A DNA stretch of 64,000 bases from Octopus vulgaris (taxonomy: Eukaryota). The translations under genes and the position numbers were made by a program. The stretch is taken from contig OX597818.1 of NCBI GenBank assembly GCA_951406725.2, positions 41,540,001 to 41,604,000 of the forward strand, read 5' to 3'. Positions 1 to 13,432 of the stretch are shown in pieces (position 1 is the first letter of the stretch; the number at the start of each line of letters is the position of its first letter). The notes under the pieces were generated by a model. It had not been told where the DNA came from. It was given only the letters and a program-made list of their open reading frames with translations, and ran no database searches.

Positions 1-327
1 TTTTTCTCCTCCAGCAATGCATTGGATTGGTGCTGACAGTAAAATGCCAGACAAAATATTTGCAGTATTTAGTCTCATCTCATTACGTTCTGGGTTCAAA
101 TTCCCACCAAGCTCGACTTTGCCTTTTCGCCTTTTTCCGGAGAGCGATAAATTAACCACCAGCAAAGTACTGAGATCGTTAATAATCACACGCATACAAA
201 AGAAATTTATTTCTTGAACCTATGAATCAACCAATATTCTCTATCCCAGTAACAGACAACTACAGATGATGTTTTGAGGCTGGAAGGAAAAGATAGAAGT
301 TAATGGTTAATTAAATGTTAACATATA

Positions 328-692
328 GGCGCAGGAGTGGCTGTATGGTAGGTTGCTTGTTTACCAACCACATGCTTCCGGGTTCAGTCCCACTGCGTGG
401 CACCTTGGGCAAGTGTCTTCTACTATAGCCTCGGGCCGACCAAAGCGGAAACTGAAAGAAGCCCGTCGTATATATGTGTGTGTTTGTGTGTCTGTGTCTG
501 TCCCCCCAATATCGCTTGACAACCGATGCTGGTGAGTTTACGTCCCCGTAACTTAGCGGTTCGGCAAAAGAGACCGATAGAATAAGTACAGGGCTTACAA
601 AGAATAAGTCCCGGGGTCGAGTTGCTCGACTAAAGGCGGTGCTCCAGCATGGCCGCAGTCAAATGACTGAAACAAGTAAAAGAGTAAAGAGT
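328..692 (+). mobile_element. tRNA-derived SINE family A (CORE-like domain)
   Basis: GGCGCAGGAGTGGCTG head with A/B-box-like motifs (GGTTCAGTCCC), ACCTTGGGCAAGT core, (GT)n spacer, (AAAGAGT)n tail; many copies in the window. Confidence 0.85.
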
Positions 693-1811
693 ATATTATC
701 CCGTATATTTTTGTTCAGAGATGTCTAGTAAAGATATATTTGAACGAAAATGTATGTTCACTGTACTCTGAGATGTACTCTGACTTCACTATACTCTGAC
801 TTTACTGTACTCTGACTTTATTTCTGACTTATTTCTGATCCGATGTTATTCCCGTTCGTGATGTTATTCCCGTTCTCTATCATTAACTGTCAGTAACTAT
901 CATTCCCATCAATAAACTCATAATAAATCATAACTGATCCAAAATAATTTGGGTACTTATTCTTCCTTATATACAGATTCAAAATAAATAATAAAAAAAT
1001 ATGATTTTGGTGGACATGGAAATTGAAAAAAAAAGATGTCTATGTTAAGCGGTTAGTAGGGATAATGGTTGGAATGAACGCTATTATGAGGCTAGTTTTG
1101 TTGTAATTTAGTGCGGGCTGTTGTTAGTGTAGGGTCTCGGTCCAGTCATGATCAAATACATCTATGATCAAAGACATTCTACCCATCGTCATCCGTTTTA
1201 TTGTATATCAAGGACTATATTGTCCAATATATCCTTTATTAAAGACAGTAGAATGAAATCCGAGGGAAATTTAGCTGCCATTTTTAGCAGATCTACTTAC
1301 CACGTAGACGTTCTCTCTATATTTGTATTATGGCAATGATATTTGTAGCAGTGACTATAATGATGGTGATTGTATTGAGGACGAGAAGAAGGAGGAGTAT
1401 GTTGGGAGATTGTCATTATTATCGTTGTAGGGTGATGCGGTTTGAGGATGAGCCACAGAAAGTATCTGTGAAAATGTATAGTTTATCATTTAAGCATAAC
1501 TTTCCTTCGAAGCTATCAGGACACAGATTATTTGCAACGTGGGATCTCTTGTTTCTTTTTCTCCTTATTTGCAGCGGTGTGTTTGATACGGGTCTGTGTA
1601 TGTTTGATATGGGTCTGTGTACTAACGTGTCTCACCCTGTGTCTATGAACATGGCCAACAGTCAAATGACTGAAATACGTAAAAGAGTAAAAGAGTAAAT
1701 CATCCGCTCAAGTTGATCGGCAAGAAACCGCGGGACTCTCTTCTGTCGTCTAACACAGATGAGTCCGTGATATATTTGTGTCTGTGCGCGTGTGCTTATA
1801 TGAAGGCGCGC

Positions 1812-2043
1812 AAGGCGGCGAGCTGGCAGAAACGTTAGCACGCCGGGCGAAATGCTTAGCCGTATTTCGTCTGTCGTTACGTTCTGAGTTCAAATTCCGC
1901 CGAGGTCGACTTTGCCTTTCATCCTTTCGGGGTCGATAAATAAAGTACCAGTTACACACTGGGGTCGATGTAATCGACTTAATCCCTTTGTCTGTCCTTG
2001 TTTGTCCCCTCTGTGTTTAGCCCCTTGTGGGCAATAAAGAAAT
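1812..2043 (+). mobile_element. tRNA-derived SINE family B (Meta-like central domain GCCTTTCATCCTTTCGGGGTCGATAAA)
   Basis: AAGGCGGCGAGCTGGCAGAA head, GAGTTCAAATTCC B-box, AATAAAGAAATA tail. More than 20 copies or fragments in the window, e.g. 4651-4870, 8048-8280(-), 13625-14042, 36737-36965(-), 52797-52933(-), 55885-56330(-), 61243-61460. Confidence 0.85.
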
Positions 2044-2051
2044 ATATATAT

Positions 2052-2375
2052 GAAGGCGCGTGGCTTAGTGATTAAGGTATTCGGCTTACGATCGTAAGGT
2101 CGAGAGTTCGATTCCCGGCGACGCCTTGTGTCCTCGAGCAAGACGCTTTATTTCACATTTTTGCCCGCCCACTCAGCTGGCAAAAATCTGAATGGTACAT
2201 GTAACTCAAGGGGTCGGCCTTGTCGCATTCTATGTCATGCTGCATGTCCCTGAGACTTACATTGAGAATACGCTTGTCTGTGGAGTACTCAACCACTTGC
2301 TTGTTAATTTCACGGGCAGACAGTTCCGTTGATCAGATCAGCTGGAACCCTCGTCATCGTAACCGACTGAGTACC
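2052..2375 (+). mobile_element. tRNA-derived SINE family C
   Basis: GAAGGCGCGTGGCTTAGTG (A box) and GAGTTCGATTCCC (B box), then TTGTGTCCTCGAGCAAGACGCTT; related head at 40659. Confidence 0.7.
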
Positions 2376-3072
2376 AGTCATGAGTATATACACTATATAC
2401 ACAGACGTATTCATATATACACACATATATACATATTAGTGTATATTTAAGACTTTGGAACCATAATACAGTTTGACAATATTTTTGTTACGTTTAACGT
2501 CTTTCTGCTGTCTTATGGTTTCTTTCAGTTTTTCTTTCTTTTTTTTCTTTTTGTTGCCTTTCTCCAAGATTTCGCTAAATTTCGTTTTTATACTTGGTTT
2601 GCAAGAATCTTGATGCGAATTCGTGTGCTGAAAAATACTTTGTTGTTTCTTGGGAAGGTCATTATGCCAATAATACACACACGCATTGGTTCTACTTCAC
2701 TTCTTTGTTATTAGTCGGTTGGTTAGCTGTTTAACAGACCAATCAAACAAATTGACTGATTGTTTAGCCAACTGCTTAAGGAAACGATCGATTAGGTGGT
2801 TGGTTAAATAACTAACGAATTGACTGCTAATATAGAAGTGAAATTGAATCAGTGTGTTGATTATTGGTTTAATGACCCGCCCCAGGTACACCAGTGTATG
2901 TGTGTTAGTGTGTGTGTGTGTGTGTCCAGGAATTTAGTTCGTGTTACTGCTATCACGAGCCTGGTGGCAATTGTTAACAGCGGTACTTCCGAGTTTTTTT
3001 TGGGGGGTGGGGGATTGTTCTTGTTGATCAGAAATAATTCTCCATGGCAACTTTCTGAATTTAAGCATACTA

Positions 3073-3073
3073 A

Positions 3074-3108
<35 letters not shown>

Positions 3109-3185
3109 ATAGCACTGACATCAGTGGCGGGGGGGCGGTAGTGTTGGTGGTGGTAATGACGATGACGACTCGACGATGATGACGA

Positions 3186-3227
<42 letters not shown>

Positions 3228-3256
3228 CGATGATGATGATGATGATGATGATGATA

Positions 3257-3292
<36 letters not shown>

Positions 3293-3330
3293 GTAGTACT
3301 GGTGGTGGTGGTGGTGGTGATGGTGGACGA
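3073..3330. repeat. compound microsatellite (ATAA)n, (GAC)n, (GAT)n, (GGT)n
   Basis: Direct observation. Confidence 0.93.
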
Positions 3331-5034
3331 CGGTGTAAGAAAAGAAAGAAAGCAAGAAAGAAAATCGAGTTGTAATCCTTTCTGAAATCCGTTTATGCTT
3401 TGACCAATATAAGCATATAATGACCAAATAAGGGAACAAGCAAGCCAGCAGACGATCACTTTTGCTGCTGGAGAAAAAAAAAAGAAAACACTAGAAAAAT
3501 GTTTATGTAAAGAAACTTAGATGATGGTTTAGTGGCGGGGGAGAGAGAAATTTTGAATAAAGACATTAAGAAGACGAAGAAGATGAAGAGGCTGTGGAAT
3601 AACAAAAACCAAAAAAAAAAATTAATAATAAATAAATAATAATAATAATAATAATAAGACGAACGTTACGAAAACCTTGGTTGTTGACAACCATGTTTGT
3701 GAAAGTATTGAATTTTTTTATATTTCTCTTGGTAGATGATTTGTGTTTTTTTTTTTGAGCCCCTTTTTGGGGGTGCGATAAAAAAAAAGTTATGGTTATA
3801 TTTTTTATGGGTATATGTATGTATGTTTGGTTATTTATCTTGTTTTGTTTGTTTGTTTTTTTAGCGATGATGATGATGATGTTTACAGTGACCAGAACAT
3901 CAGTTTCTCTATTGTAAATAAATGTTATTCAAGACTAAAATGGATTTTTTTGTTGTTGTGTTTCTTTTTTCAATCATTTTTGCTTGTTATTGTTGTTGCT
4001 TGCTGTTGCTGTTGCTGTTGAGCGAAGCGGTCTTTGTCCCAGAGCTCGCAAGATGGGAGAAGTCCGAATCGTGGTCCTTTGCTATTCGTAAGACCCGCAG
4101 AAGAGAAAGCAGGTCAACCCCCGACACCGAGAGCATCGACGGATGGATGAATGCGCATCCAGGCTCAGCGGTTGCGTAGGAAGTCGGGGACAAGAAACAG
4201 GAAGAAAGAAGTGAGAGAAAGTTGGAGTGAAAGAGTACAACAGGGGTCGCCACCACCCCCTGCCGGAGCCTCGTGGAGCTTTAGGTGTTTTCGTTCAATA
4301 AACACACACAACGCCCGGTCTGGGAATCGAAACCACGATCCTCCGACTGCGAGTCCGCTACCCTAACCACTAGGCCATTGTGCCTCCGTTGTTGCTTGTG
4401 GTGGTGGTGGTGGTGGTGGTGGTGTTTTTGTTGCTGTTATTTTTTAAGGTCCAAATCGAAACCGTGGCCAACCATCCTGTCCTTTATTTAACCATACTAT
4501 GTCGGTCTGGATTTTACATCATCCAAGCTGTTTCGCTCTGAAGACAAGAAATAACAGTGATTTCAGGGAAGGTTCGGTTGCTACTTCTAGCAGATCCAGC
4601 GACCAGATAGACGCCCCCTGATCGACTTGCTTTTGTTTCTTATTTAACTTAAGGCAGCGAGCTGGCAGAAACGTTAGCACGCCATTACGTTCTAAGTTCA
4701 AATTCCGCCGAGGTAGACTTTGCCTTTCATCCTTTCGGAGTTGATTAAATAAGTACCAGTTACGCAATATAATCGACTTAATCCGTTTGTCTGTCCTTGT
4801 TTGTCCACTCTGTGTTTAGCCCCTTGTTGGTAGTAAAGAAATGAGTATTTCGTCTGCTGTTACGTTCTGAGTTCATAGACTCAGACATGGCTGTGTGGTT
4901 TTAGAAACTCACATTGCAAACTCACAATGATGGGCTCAGCCCCGCTGCGTTGCATCTTGGGAAAGTGTATTATACAATAGCCACGGGCCTTGTGAGTGAT
5001 TATGATAGACAGAAACTGTATGGAGATCTATATA

Positions 5035-7264
5035 CTGTGATACCTCGCTGTACAAGTTTAATTCGTTCCATGACCGAGCTTGTTTTGCGTTTTACTCGTT
5101 TTACAAATCAATTTTCTCCATTGAAATTATTTAAAATATGATTAATCCGTTCCAACCCCACAAAACCACCCGAAAATCATTTTTGTGAGCTTTAGGAAAA
5201 TGACAATTGTAAAAACATAATAAAAGAGAATACAAAAGAAATATGTAAAGTGGTTTTAATTTAATTACCTTAAAGATAGGATGATTTCAGCGCGAAGAAG
5301 ATGATAGAGCAGGGAGGAGGATTATTGTTTGGGAGGAGAATCTCCTTCCATTATGCCTTTCAAAATATTACGAAAATGCTCCATAGCAGTGTCATTAAAT
5401 AAAAGAGCTGCTCGACCAGTAGGTATTTTTTCAGGGTGATATTTTTTTACAAATTCAGAAACATACTGCCACTTCGTCACCACTGCTTTTATGTCAGTCG
5501 TAGAAATAGCCTTTTCCACTATACTGTCCTCCTCCGGGAAACCAATCTCGTCCACCGCATCTGTCGTAAGCTCCTCTGAGTGTTCCTCGACGAGACCGTT
5601 AATGTCCCCATGTCAGCCTCAAGACCCATGGGCTTGCCAAGAGACACTACATCCTCGACTACATGCGCCTCGGACTCAAACCCCTCGAAGTTTTTTGCGA
5701 ATCTCCATGCAGAACTCAGCGTTCCCCTCGTTACACTCTGCCAGGCCATATCGATGATTTTCTGGCAGTTAATAATGTTGTAGTGCTCCTTCCAAAACTC
5801 ACGAAGCGTTAGATTTGTATTTTCGGTGACTTCAAAGCACCGACGAATCAGGTGTTTGGTGTACAATTTCTTAAATATTAGAAATCACCTGTTGATTCGG
5901 TGGTTGCAAGATATGGGTTATGTTGCGTGAAAGGTATAGAACTTTTATGAATTAAAATTCGTCCAAGATATTATCTTCGTAGTTAGGAGGGTGAACAGGA
6001 ACATTGTTGAGGATGAGGAGGGCCTTGAGAGGAAGATCGTTCTCCAGAAGATACATTTTCACTGCTGATCCGAAGATAAGTTTGACCCCTCTCGGTGAAG
6101 AATTGCTTGGTGATCCAGGCTTTAACGTTTGCCTTACACATGACCTGCAGCTTCTCCTTCCGGATTTTGTGTGATTTGAACGCTCTTGGGTTTTTGGAAT
6201 GGTAGGCAAGGAGCGGTTTAATCTTCAAGTCTCCACTCGCATTGGTTCGAAGGGCGAGAGTTAGCTACCTTTCATAGGCTTGTGGCCTAGCATTTTCTCT
6301 CCTCTTCAGTTATGTAGGTTATTCTGGGCATTTTTTTCTTTAAGAGGCCGGTTTCATCACAGTTGGATACCTGTTATGCCATGTACCCCTCGGCTGCGAT
6401 GAGCTGACGGAATTCATGCAAGAATTCATCAGCTGCCTTCGTATCAGAACTCGCAGCCTCTCCATACCTGACCACGATATGAACACCAGTACTCTTCTTG
6501 AAGTTATCGAACCAGCCGCGACTAGCCTTAAGTGCGTCTGTTGATGTCTCCTCCGTCAATGTTCAAAGGTTCTGCTTCAGGAAATCCCCATAAAGCTCTC
6601 GTGCTTTCTCAGAGATAATGGTCTCCGTAATCGTTACTTCTCGTTGATCCACAGGAGAAGCAATTTTTCCATCTCTTCGTGGACAGATGTGCGTTGCAAC
6701 AGCGCTTTGCTGCTGTGACGGCCCTTTGCTGTTGTAACAGCCCTTTGCTATTGTGACGGCTTTGATTTCGTCCTTTTTCTTCAGGATGGTGCAGATCGCC
6801 GACGTGCTTCTGTCACATTGACATGCTGTGTCCGCTACATGCCCTCCTCTCTCATGTTTATCAATGATTTCCTTTTTCTATTCTATCGTAATCGGCTTTT
6901 TCTTCTTCTCAGCTCTGTCTTTTGCACCAACCTTCTTAGGGCCCATGTCTAATACAATTAATTATTATAATACAATAAATTATTATAAAATAATTACAAA
7001 AAACGCACAGAACTTAAGAAAAAAACACTGGAAAAAACACAACAGGAATGCTGCCACAACGAGGTAAACACGTGAACTGCGCGAGCAGAGGCTGTGCTTG
7101 TTGGGAGAGCGTATGCGAGCTCAGCGCTGACTAGGGGTCGCTTGTATGAAACTAGTTCGTACTGCAGATTTCCACCCGTACTTCAAGACAAAAATTCGCA
7201 TGAGCCTCGGCTCGTACAGCAAATTACTCGTGCAATGTTGCACACGTACCGCGATGCTCTATTG
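5035..7264 (-). mobile_element. decayed Tigger/pogo (TIGD1-like) DNA transposon, ~2.2 kb
   Basis: Fragmented transposase: MGPKKVGAK..., KASRGWFDNFKK..G...V.YGEAASSD, KPLL.YHSKNPRAFK, KALLILNN.P.HP, LTLREFWK. Imperfect TIRs (C[T]GTGATACCTCGC ... GCGATGCTCTATTG) with TA on the left; multiple frameshifts and stops. Confidence 0.88.
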
Positions 7265-7276
7265 TGTATATATATA

Positions 7277-7847
7277 TGTAGTGGATCTTGCATGCATGAA
7301 GTGGATTCGATCCACCATATCCAAATTTAAATTAACACTGCAACAGAACTTTTCCCACAGTGGAACAATGGTTTTACTCTGACAGCAGCTTTACATTTTC
7401 CAGACACCTTTAGATAGGCCGAAATAATGTCTTCACCACTTGACCCTTTCTAACCTCTTCTATTTCACCAAAAACTAGAATTGAGATAACAAGACCACCA
7501 ACTAAATCTATTGTTCTCAATGATATATCTATCCTTCTGGATCTTTATATAAGCAAGCACACCCCAAGCAAAAATCAGTTAGTCACTTGTCGGCAACTGA
7601 ACGAGGCATTCACTTAATGGAAGAAGAGTTTAAACTTAGGATCGAGAATTGCACTCCAGCGTGTAGTTAGTCATTAGAACCAAGGCCCACTCGAACAGAC
7701 GACTGCTCAGTTAGTTAAGGAAAGGACTGCTAGTGTATAATGGTCAGAGAGAGAAATAAAAATTCCTACCAGCAATCAATTTTAACCGTTACAATTGGTG
7801 ACCCTCGAACAAGAGCATTGCAGCCTTCCTAAGAACCAACCGTTACA
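7277..7847 (+). mobile_element. Gypsy-like LTR (7277-7793) followed by a PBS-like TGGTGACCC and a second CCGTTACA end
   Basis: TGTAGTGG...CCGTTACA termini; homologous to 28549-29270; TGG-starting PBS-like motif 2 nt after the CA; TA-repeat flanks. Confidence 0.65.
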
Positions 7848-9970
7848 TATATATATTAATCCTTGCCCACATGAAAAACAGTACATCCTATCAAATCTGC
7901 GTGCCCTATCATGACTCTAATCATCAGTCCTCCAAATTCTGCCCTCCGCCAATACCTAGAAGTCTAGCAAAGAGTTTGACAAGAATACACACTAACACAC
8001 CGACAAACAAACACACACATCCTGACACGGCGGACACCTACCAAATATATTTCTTTATTGCCCACAAGGAGCTAAACACAGAGGGGACAAACAAAGACAG
8101 ACAAAGGGATTAAGTCTACTACATCGACCCCAGTGCGTAACTGGCACTTTATTTATCGACCCCGAAAGGATAAAAGGCAAAGTCGACCTCGGCGGAATTT
8201 GAACTCGGAACGTATTGTCAGACGAAATACAGCTACGCATTTCGCCCGACGTGCTAACGTTTCTGCCAGCTCGCCGCCTAGCAAATAGACTATTTTCCAT
8301 CATACCCAATGTAAGCTCCCACACATATTGTACCCCTACACACACCGCATGCATACGTAAAAGCCCCACGAATTTACCCAATACATAAAAGACAGGAAAC
8401 ACACTAACGAACAGGGATGTATATGCCCACTCCACCGCAAAGGTTTGCAAGAATCCATACAATCCATTTCCTTCCCACAAACTTTTCCATAAAACTCCGG
8501 CCAACTTGTAACAAAACCCCCAGTGACGATCTTTTGTTACCAAGGGACATGACTCTTAACATGATCTCCAGATCGGTTCGTTTCGTCATCTTCACAGCAA
8601 CCACAAATAGGATGTGTCTATTCACCTCCAACAATAGATAGCAGACGCTATATTTCATTCCATGATGATGATGATGATGATGAAGAGGAGGAGGAGGAGG
8701 AGGAGGTTCATGGTGTGAAGGTGGTTCATGGTGATCATGGTGATTATGTGCAAATATTATATGTGCTTTTGAACGTAACTTGAATAGCAGGCAAGTTGAG
8801 ATGTTATCAACCTGAATATTGTATTATACAAGGTGATGAAAACTTCGTTATTGTAAGCAGTGATAGCACTCTACATAACTGACGAAACGTTTGATGGGGT
8901 GCAGTGCAGTGTTTGACAATCTTTCTTTGGTCCGAATCACAGAAAGCAATTGAAAAAAAAAAAAGGAAAATTGTCCCTGTACTTAACATCACAGTAGCAG
9001 TTTAGCAGTCGTCTCAGTTCGAGTGGACCTTGGTTCTAATGACTAACCACACGCTGGAGTGCGATTCTTGATCCTAAGTTAAATTCTTCTTCCATTAAGT
9101 GAATGTTTTTACTCGACAAGCAGATATCTCACAACTTCTCAGAAGTGAAAATTAAAAAAAAATATAGCTTCAGATGTAAGGGAGACAACTCTCGATAATC
9201 ATCATTTTCTAGCTCAGCGCTTCGTAACCTTTTTTCACGTGAGAGGGAGAAAATGGATTATTTGATGGATATAGCGTTCAATTCTAAGCGGTTCCTAGAG
9301 ATGGCTGTTTAGTTTAATCATCGAGCAGATGCCACTGCATACAGTAGCGATCTCACTACCGAAGAGGAGTCTGAAACTAACTACTCTTAAATCAGCTGCC
9401 AGGTTGCAATAGTCCGCTCTATCTGATAGTTTGAGCGACTCAGTATTGACCAGCGCCCCGCCAGAACTATTCACGACTTGCTTTGCGATATATCATATGA
9501 GATGGAGGTTTCCGCATATAGATCGGTCGGGGATCGCACAGATTTGAGCATCATTGGTTATACCACATACAAGTACCAGTCTCTTGGCGAACACCTTTGC
9601 CAATACAGTATGTTAAGGAATGCCATGGGTCCAAAGTTTTCTATCAGGCCTTATTTGTTCGAGTCAGTGTCACCACTCTTCATCTCACTCCACTAAGAAT
9701 TCTCCCAGTTTACTGTCAGCTGTAATAAGACGGCTATTATGAAAGGAGAATAAGTCTGTCATGCATCGGACAAAGTACTTAGCGGCATTTCTTCCGGCTT
9801 TACTTTCTGAGCCCAAATTCCACCGAGGTTGACTTTGCCTTTCATCCTTTCAAGGTCGCTAAAATAATTACAGGTTGAGCTCTGAGGTCGATATAATCAA
9901 CAATCTCCCTGCCCCAAAATTTCAGGCCTTGTGCCAACAGAAGAAAGAATTATTATTATTATTATTATTA

Positions 9971-10034
<64 letters not shown>

Positions 10035-10054
<20 letters not shown>

Positions 10055-10814
10055 GAGTGTGAGAGTAGTGCATGCCATGAAAATGACACTGGATAAAATA
10101 TATGAAGCCCAGTATACCCATCATGACTACCCATCTGATAAGGGTACACCAGGCACATGCATTGCAACCATATGAACGCGACATGGTGATCTCATATCAA
10201 GATAAATAGCACATGACCTTGCAGGTGGGGCCAAGTTTGAATTTTCTTCCGGTCGAGTAGCCCATTCCGCTCAAAAGGTCCCTGAATAAGGGTTGTTTAA
10301 GGATGTTGAACGAACCACCCATGTTTCCACAGGTGAATTATCCAAACCTCTAAGAATTCCTTTCAGCACACGGCTATGATGCTCCCCTACTACTTCTGCG
10401 TGTGATCAGAGATGTACATATCGTCAGCCACTAAGGGACATGCTTAAGTGGTTACGGTCAAACAACTGACAAGCAAATCTGTGGTATTGAGCAGAATATT
10501 TGCTGTAGCCCATCTTTTATACCAAGACAAAACAATGTACATGATAACACTTCCAATCAGTTAACATCAGCAGCCATGAGAGCCACTGCCTGGTAATTAT
10601 TATTATTATCATTATCATTATTAATATTATTCAGTATGTATTTGTCTGAATAATTTTTATCATACCAAATGCGCCTATTATGATAGGAGTTGTTTCTTTT
10701 TTTAGACTCCACATTCGAGTTGCCTCTATTTCCAGGACTTTGTGCTTTGAAAGTTTCTCCATTTCTTTTAGAGAAACGTTGTCATCTGTTGATATTGATA
10801 CATCGATTAGAAAG

Positions 10815-10818
<4 letters not shown>
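10035..10818 (-). mobile_element. R4/Dong-like (restriction-like endonuclease) non-LTR remnant embedded in (TAA)n
   Basis: LIDVSISTDDNVSLKEMEKLSK...EATRMW...PIIIGAFG is the C-terminal RLE-domain pattern; bounded by long (TAT)n tracts. Assignment of 10035-10595 to the same element is inferred. Confidence 0.6.
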
Positions 10819-10897
<79 letters not shown>

Positions 10898-11699
10898 TCT
10901 TTGATTTACCATAGCAGTGTCAGATGAGGGGAACATTACAAAGCGGGTTACAATGCGTATTGGTGTTAAACATAAAATTGATTGAGGGAAGAAAATGTCA
11001 TAGTGATGAAGAGAAATGAGACGAAAAGCATATACAGTCTTCAAAGTATTTGAATAGATGGATGATACTGTCCTCCTGATATAGCAGAGTCTCCATTTAA
11101 AGACAATCAAGAATTCCTATTGATCCAAGATCACCGTAACCAACAAGGGCACAACCCCCTCGCCTAACTGTTGTTCTCCAAACTACAGAAACACGCTTAA
11201 AGTAGATCCATCCACACTAAAATACAAACGCATGCTTAAAGTAGATCCATTCACTCTAATCATTTTCTCTACAGCTACCCACCTTTTGATAAATTCACTA
11301 AAGGGAGACACCTTCCCCTCTGTGCTCACTTTCTTTCCAAATGAAACTTGAAAAAGTCGATGAGAGCTTGACTGAAGACATGGGTATCAGTCGTCAATCC
11401 TTTCAGCCTCGACCACTAACAACTTCTCTCCTTTTGGCTAGCAGACGAGGTTAAACAGATCGTTCAACCTTATCAAAGGAGTGCAGTGAGCTAATCTTCA
11501 TGATGGATTCAGCCGATAACTGAGTCTATTATATCAACTATATGCAGTACAGTTTCGTCACTCTATGCACATTTTGGAAAATCTTGGCAAGTGGTACTTT
11601 CGTTCTATGGAGTTTATTTCGAACAAGTGGTGCTTCTCGGTAGCACTGCCAGGCCAAAGATTTGTGGAAGTTATCCACTGTAGATCCTGATTTAAAATG

Positions 11700-12600
11700 T
11701 TCTCAGGATCAGACTACCCAGTCTAAAATTTCCTTGGGGATGTCAACGCTTTTACCCACCACTAGTCCTAAATATACTGTTATAGGAACACTTTCATCGA
11801 TCGCATTGTTTATCTGGTAGAAGGTGGTGAGCGCCTGGCGACATTCAAGTTACCAGGTGCTAAAATTTGGTCTTTACTTGATCCACAAATGCTGATCTGT
11901 GAAAGAAACAAGTTGCAGAAAAACGTGTCTAACAAACAGAAGCCGAATCTGCTCACTGTCCAGGAATGTTTGCAAATGACGCGACTTCGATGTGAGTCTA
12001 TGCATCGGCAACCACGAAATGCTAAGCCTGCCTTTTAGAGAGCGCAGGTAACAGATGGACTGCCTAACCAGTTTAACTGGTCCGTCTGTCGAGCGAACCA
12101 CGACGCTGTGCAGCAGCTTAGACTTGCCTCTCCATGTACCAAGCTGCAAGCCCACCGATTTTTTCGGGTTTATTTTTGCCCCAACCATCGCCTCATACCC
12201 CTTTAAAATGGCGCTGACCACCTCGACTTCTGCGGTGCACACCATTACAGTAATGCTATTCGCGTACGCTGATGCAGATCTCCCACATCCCACCTCAGGG
12301 GAGAATCCTTTCAACAGTTCTTGTTTCTGCAGCAACGGATCGAGAGACAGCGCGTACAGAAAGGACGAAAGGAGCCAATCTTGATGGCTAGGGCGCGTGA
12401 TATGAAACGGTTCCAAGCAAGTGCTACTGTGCATTCCTACAATTCAGTCTCTAGAAACGGTTCCGAAACCGACCGTTTTTAAGACGCTGAAAAGTAGCAA
12501 TGGTCGAAACCTTTCGATCGATCCAAAGACCTCACCAATGTCAGATTTGTTTCCTATCTCCTCAGTAAGATGCAGCTTGTTGAGGATAGATCTCTTGGGA
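11700..12600 (-). mobile_element. decayed Tx1/L1-clade LINE reverse-transcriptase fragment
   Basis: PFHITR...LS.FLYALSLDPLL, AYANSITV (degenerate YADD), YEAMVGAKIN.KKSVGLQLGTW. Boundaries approximate. Confidence 0.72.
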
Positions 12601-12925
12601 ATCACATATACTAGCGTTTCTAATAATAACAATAATCATAATTCTTTCTACTATAGGCACAAAGCCTGAAATTTTAGTGGGTGGGGGCTAGATAATTACA
12701 TCGACCTCAGTGCGCAACTGGTATTTATTTCATCAACCCTGAAAAAGGATAAAAGGTAAAGTCGACCTCGGCAGCTGCTAAGCTCAGAATGTACACAGAC
12801 GGACGAAATACCACCAGGCGTTCTGTCAGTTTGCAGCTTTAAAAGCAAAGGTTTCAAATTTTGGTATAAGACCAGACATTTGGGGGCAGAGGACAAGTCG
12901 ATTACATCAACTCCAGTGCCCAGCT

Positions 12926-13432
12926 GTATGTATGTGTGTATGTATGTATGTATGTATGTATGTATGTATGTATGTATGTATGTATGTATGCGTGTATGTG
13001 TGTATGTATGTATGCGTGTATGTATGTATGTATGTGTGTGCATGTGTGTGAGTATGTATGTATTTATGTATGTATGTATTTATGTATGTATGCGTATATG
13101 TGTGTATGTATGTATGTATGTATGTATGTATGTATGTATGTATGTATGTATGTATGTATGTATGTATGTATGTATGTATGTATGTATGTATGTATGCATG
13201 TATGCGTGTATGTGTGTATGTATGTATGTATGTATGTATGTTTGTATGCATTATGCATGCATGTATGTATGTATGTATGTATGTATGTATGTATGTATGT
13301 ATGTATATATTCATGTATGTATGCATGTATGTATGTGTATGCATGCATGTATGTATGCGTGTGTGTATACGTATGTATGTATGTATGTATGTTTGTATTA
13401 TGCATGTATGTATGTGTATGCGTATGTATGTA
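12926..13432. repeat. (TATG)n microsatellite
   Basis: ~500 bp of degenerate TATG repeats. Confidence 0.97.

Noticed and set aside
2052-2125. tRNA-like A/B boxes (also at the other SINE heads)
   Set aside because: No complete cloverleaf or acceptor stem; the sequence continues into SINE bodies, so these are not tRNA genes.
2436-2678. 80-aa Lys-rich ORF on -
   Set aside because: Driven by T-rich low-complexity sequence; no supporting gene structure.
2861-3459. Poly-His/Arg/Ile/Met ORFs
   Set aside because: Translations of trinucleotide microsatellites; no splice or homology support.
8876-8895. CTGACGAAACGTT resembling a minimal hammerhead core
   Set aside because: No stem II between the core halves and no convincing stem I.
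11336-11400. GAAACTT-GAAA-AAGTC...TTGA-CTGAAGA, a hammerhead-like set of motifs on +
   Set aside because: Stem III forms but stems I and II do not pair in any clean register; at best a decayed ribozyme.
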